A stretch of DNA of 63,777 bases, counting the filler, from Atractiella rhizophila (taxonomy: Eukaryota), in assembly GCA_021432655.1 (NCBI GenBank). It is 5 parts of 4 records of this genome, joined end to end, with 100 filler letters (N's around TTAATTAATTAA, not from the genome) between each part and the next. Parts side by side here need not be neighbours in the genome. Positions count along the whole stretch, not along the records: positions 62,263 to 63,777 come from MU271491.1; 4 more parts are not named here. One strand, written 5' to 3'. Shown piece by piece: positions 62,263 to 63,777 of the stretch. Both the position numbers and the translations under genes were made by a program. How positions within the stretch are numbered: the first letter of the stretch is position 1; each line of letters opens with the position of its first letter. The notes below the pieces were generated by a model. That model had not been told where the DNA came from, made no database searches, and saw only the letters and a list, made by a program, of their open reading frames with translations.

Positions 62263-63393
62263 TCCAACGCAAGTCTAACGATTTCCTCCCACCTCAACTG
62301 TCCTTTACTATGTCTCCTGAATCCATACAACCTCACAAATTCTGTCTCTTCCTCCTCTACCTCATTCCCCAATCCCTGAAAAATGATCGACTCGTCTTCC
62401 TCACAGTGCAGCGCGACCAGACAAGTTGTGATGAGTATGTCAGCCGTGAGACCTGTGATTGCCGTGTGCTGGGATGGGGACGGAGACGCGAATCGGTGGA
62501 GCCGATAGGGACGGGAGGAGAGCCACGTCAGGTCTTGGTATGAGTATTCCAGGGCGGCGGGTGCTACGACGGTTGCGGTGGCGACAGAACTGATAGAGTG
62601 ACGGAGGATGCTGTGCGGTGAGAAGGAGAGGAGGGAGAGGAGGGGGAGGTGGAAGATGGCGTCTACTTCGTCTGGGTTCGCTTGGAGGGAAGAGAGGATG
62701 GTAGTGCTCGGAGATGTGGATGTGGATGCGAGGAGGTACACTACAGGGATGACGACGAGGAGGGTGCGGGAGGTTGTTGCGGGTAGGGTAGTCAAGTAGA
62801 GGAGTGGAGAGGAGGGAGGAAGAGGGAGACCAATCTCTTCATGCGCTTCTCGTAGCTGTCATGCGGGTGGAGTGTTAAGCGTTGCATTGGGGTGACTGAG
62901 GAAGAACTCACCGCAGTCTCCCTCACGGTAGCATCTATTTCATCTACCTTTCCTCCAGGAAGCGCAGCTGCATTCCATTGTCCGTCAGCATATTCTATTT
63001 CACGTCAGAAAATGGGAATGGAAACACACTCTCTCCCGGATGCGACCGTAACTTCTTCGACCTTGTCGTAAGCGTCACTTGCAGATCACCATTCTCATTG
63101 ATGGAGAGGAGAACGAGAACAGCGGCTAGTCTCTTTCGCGGGAAGCTATCTACACCAGCGCGTTCTCAGTCATTTGTCGTTGCTGGAAACACGGAGAAGC
63201 GGCACGGAGGGACAGACTCTTGTTTTGCTGGTGGTGCTCCGTATGAGCTCAGGTTCTCGATATACTGTTTCGCCAGAGCGTTTGGTGCGGGATTCAAAGA
63301 CGAATAATCTATTGTTGTTCGAATCGATTGGGCATCGAACTGAGCAGGAGCTGGACTCGTAGCTGCAACTGCTGTAAGCTGGATCTGGGCCAT
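62263..63393 (-). CDS. PCD1: Nudix CoA diphosphatase (Pcd1/NUDT7-like); 3' end lost in the gap
   Basis: AAVLVLL, LTTRSKKLRSHPG (NuCoA motif), LPGGKVD..ETA.REAHEEIGL (Nudix box), NPDEVDAIF.LPL and ITGLTADIL. Confidence 0.9.
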
Positions 63394-63777
63394 TTTTTCA
63401 AGCTTTTTCTTCGATAAAGCATCCAACTGGATAACGCTGAGAACAGGGCTCAATCAGCACCCGCATAAATAATCTGGTAAAAGGTGCTTACCTATTCTCG
63501 TCTGAAGGTTGTCAACTTGAAGTGCACTGATCAGCCCCCTTGGCTTCGCTTAACCCCCAATCTCAGTCTCACGAGAGGATCTCCTTTAAATTCAGCATCT
63601 GTTCACTACTTTGCCCCTTTCTACCAATAGGTCTACCATGGCAGCCCCAGTCGATCGCAAAGGCCAAACGGAACGAGCATTGGAGCAGATTGCTGCCCGG
63701 TAAGTCTCGTTCCCGCAACGGAGTGATCTGAACTCATGCCTGCGTGGATACGATCAGTAAGGCGAATCTAAACGAGA

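Overview
Intron-rich fungal genomic DNA, most likely a basidiomycete (inferred from ~45-90 nt GT-AG introns with CTRAY branch points and from gene content). The window consists of five segments joined by artificial 100-nt N/TTAATTAATTAA/N linkers, plus one 25-N gap, so adjacency across linkers is not guaranteed. It holds about 26 protein genes or gene relics. These include a Kha1-type K+/H+ antiporter, an Opy2-like sensor, a nitrilase, a Mid2/Wsc-like Ser/Thr-rich membrane protein, an HSDL2-like SDR, an ALDH, a PARL/Pcp1 rhomboid, a Zn2Cys6 factor, a GH1 beta-glucosidase, an allantoate-permease-type MFS transporter, two F-box-like proteins, an Eht1/YheT-like hydrolase, a velvet protein, CLPTM1, an NLR-type TPR array, a triple DUF3072-like protein and a Pcd1 Nudix hydrolase. 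There are also two convergent tRNA-Gly(TCC) genes. The most unusual observations are: (1) four abnormally long, hairpin-rich introns (263-1081 nt), two of which share a CUUG-loop hairpin and other motifs and are candidate hosts of undescribed ncRNAs or splicing switches; (2) a GH71 alpha-1,3-glucanase gene whose 5' end is inverted onto the opposite strand; (3) a 685-nt, ~98% identical out-of-frame tandem duplication inside the HSDL2-like gene; (4) a disrupted NLR with about 16 highly conserved 120-nt TPR repeats; (5) a tail-to-tail tRNA pair identical except for compensatory changes in the acceptor stems. Exon boundaries were read by eye and family calls are from remembered motifs, not database searches.
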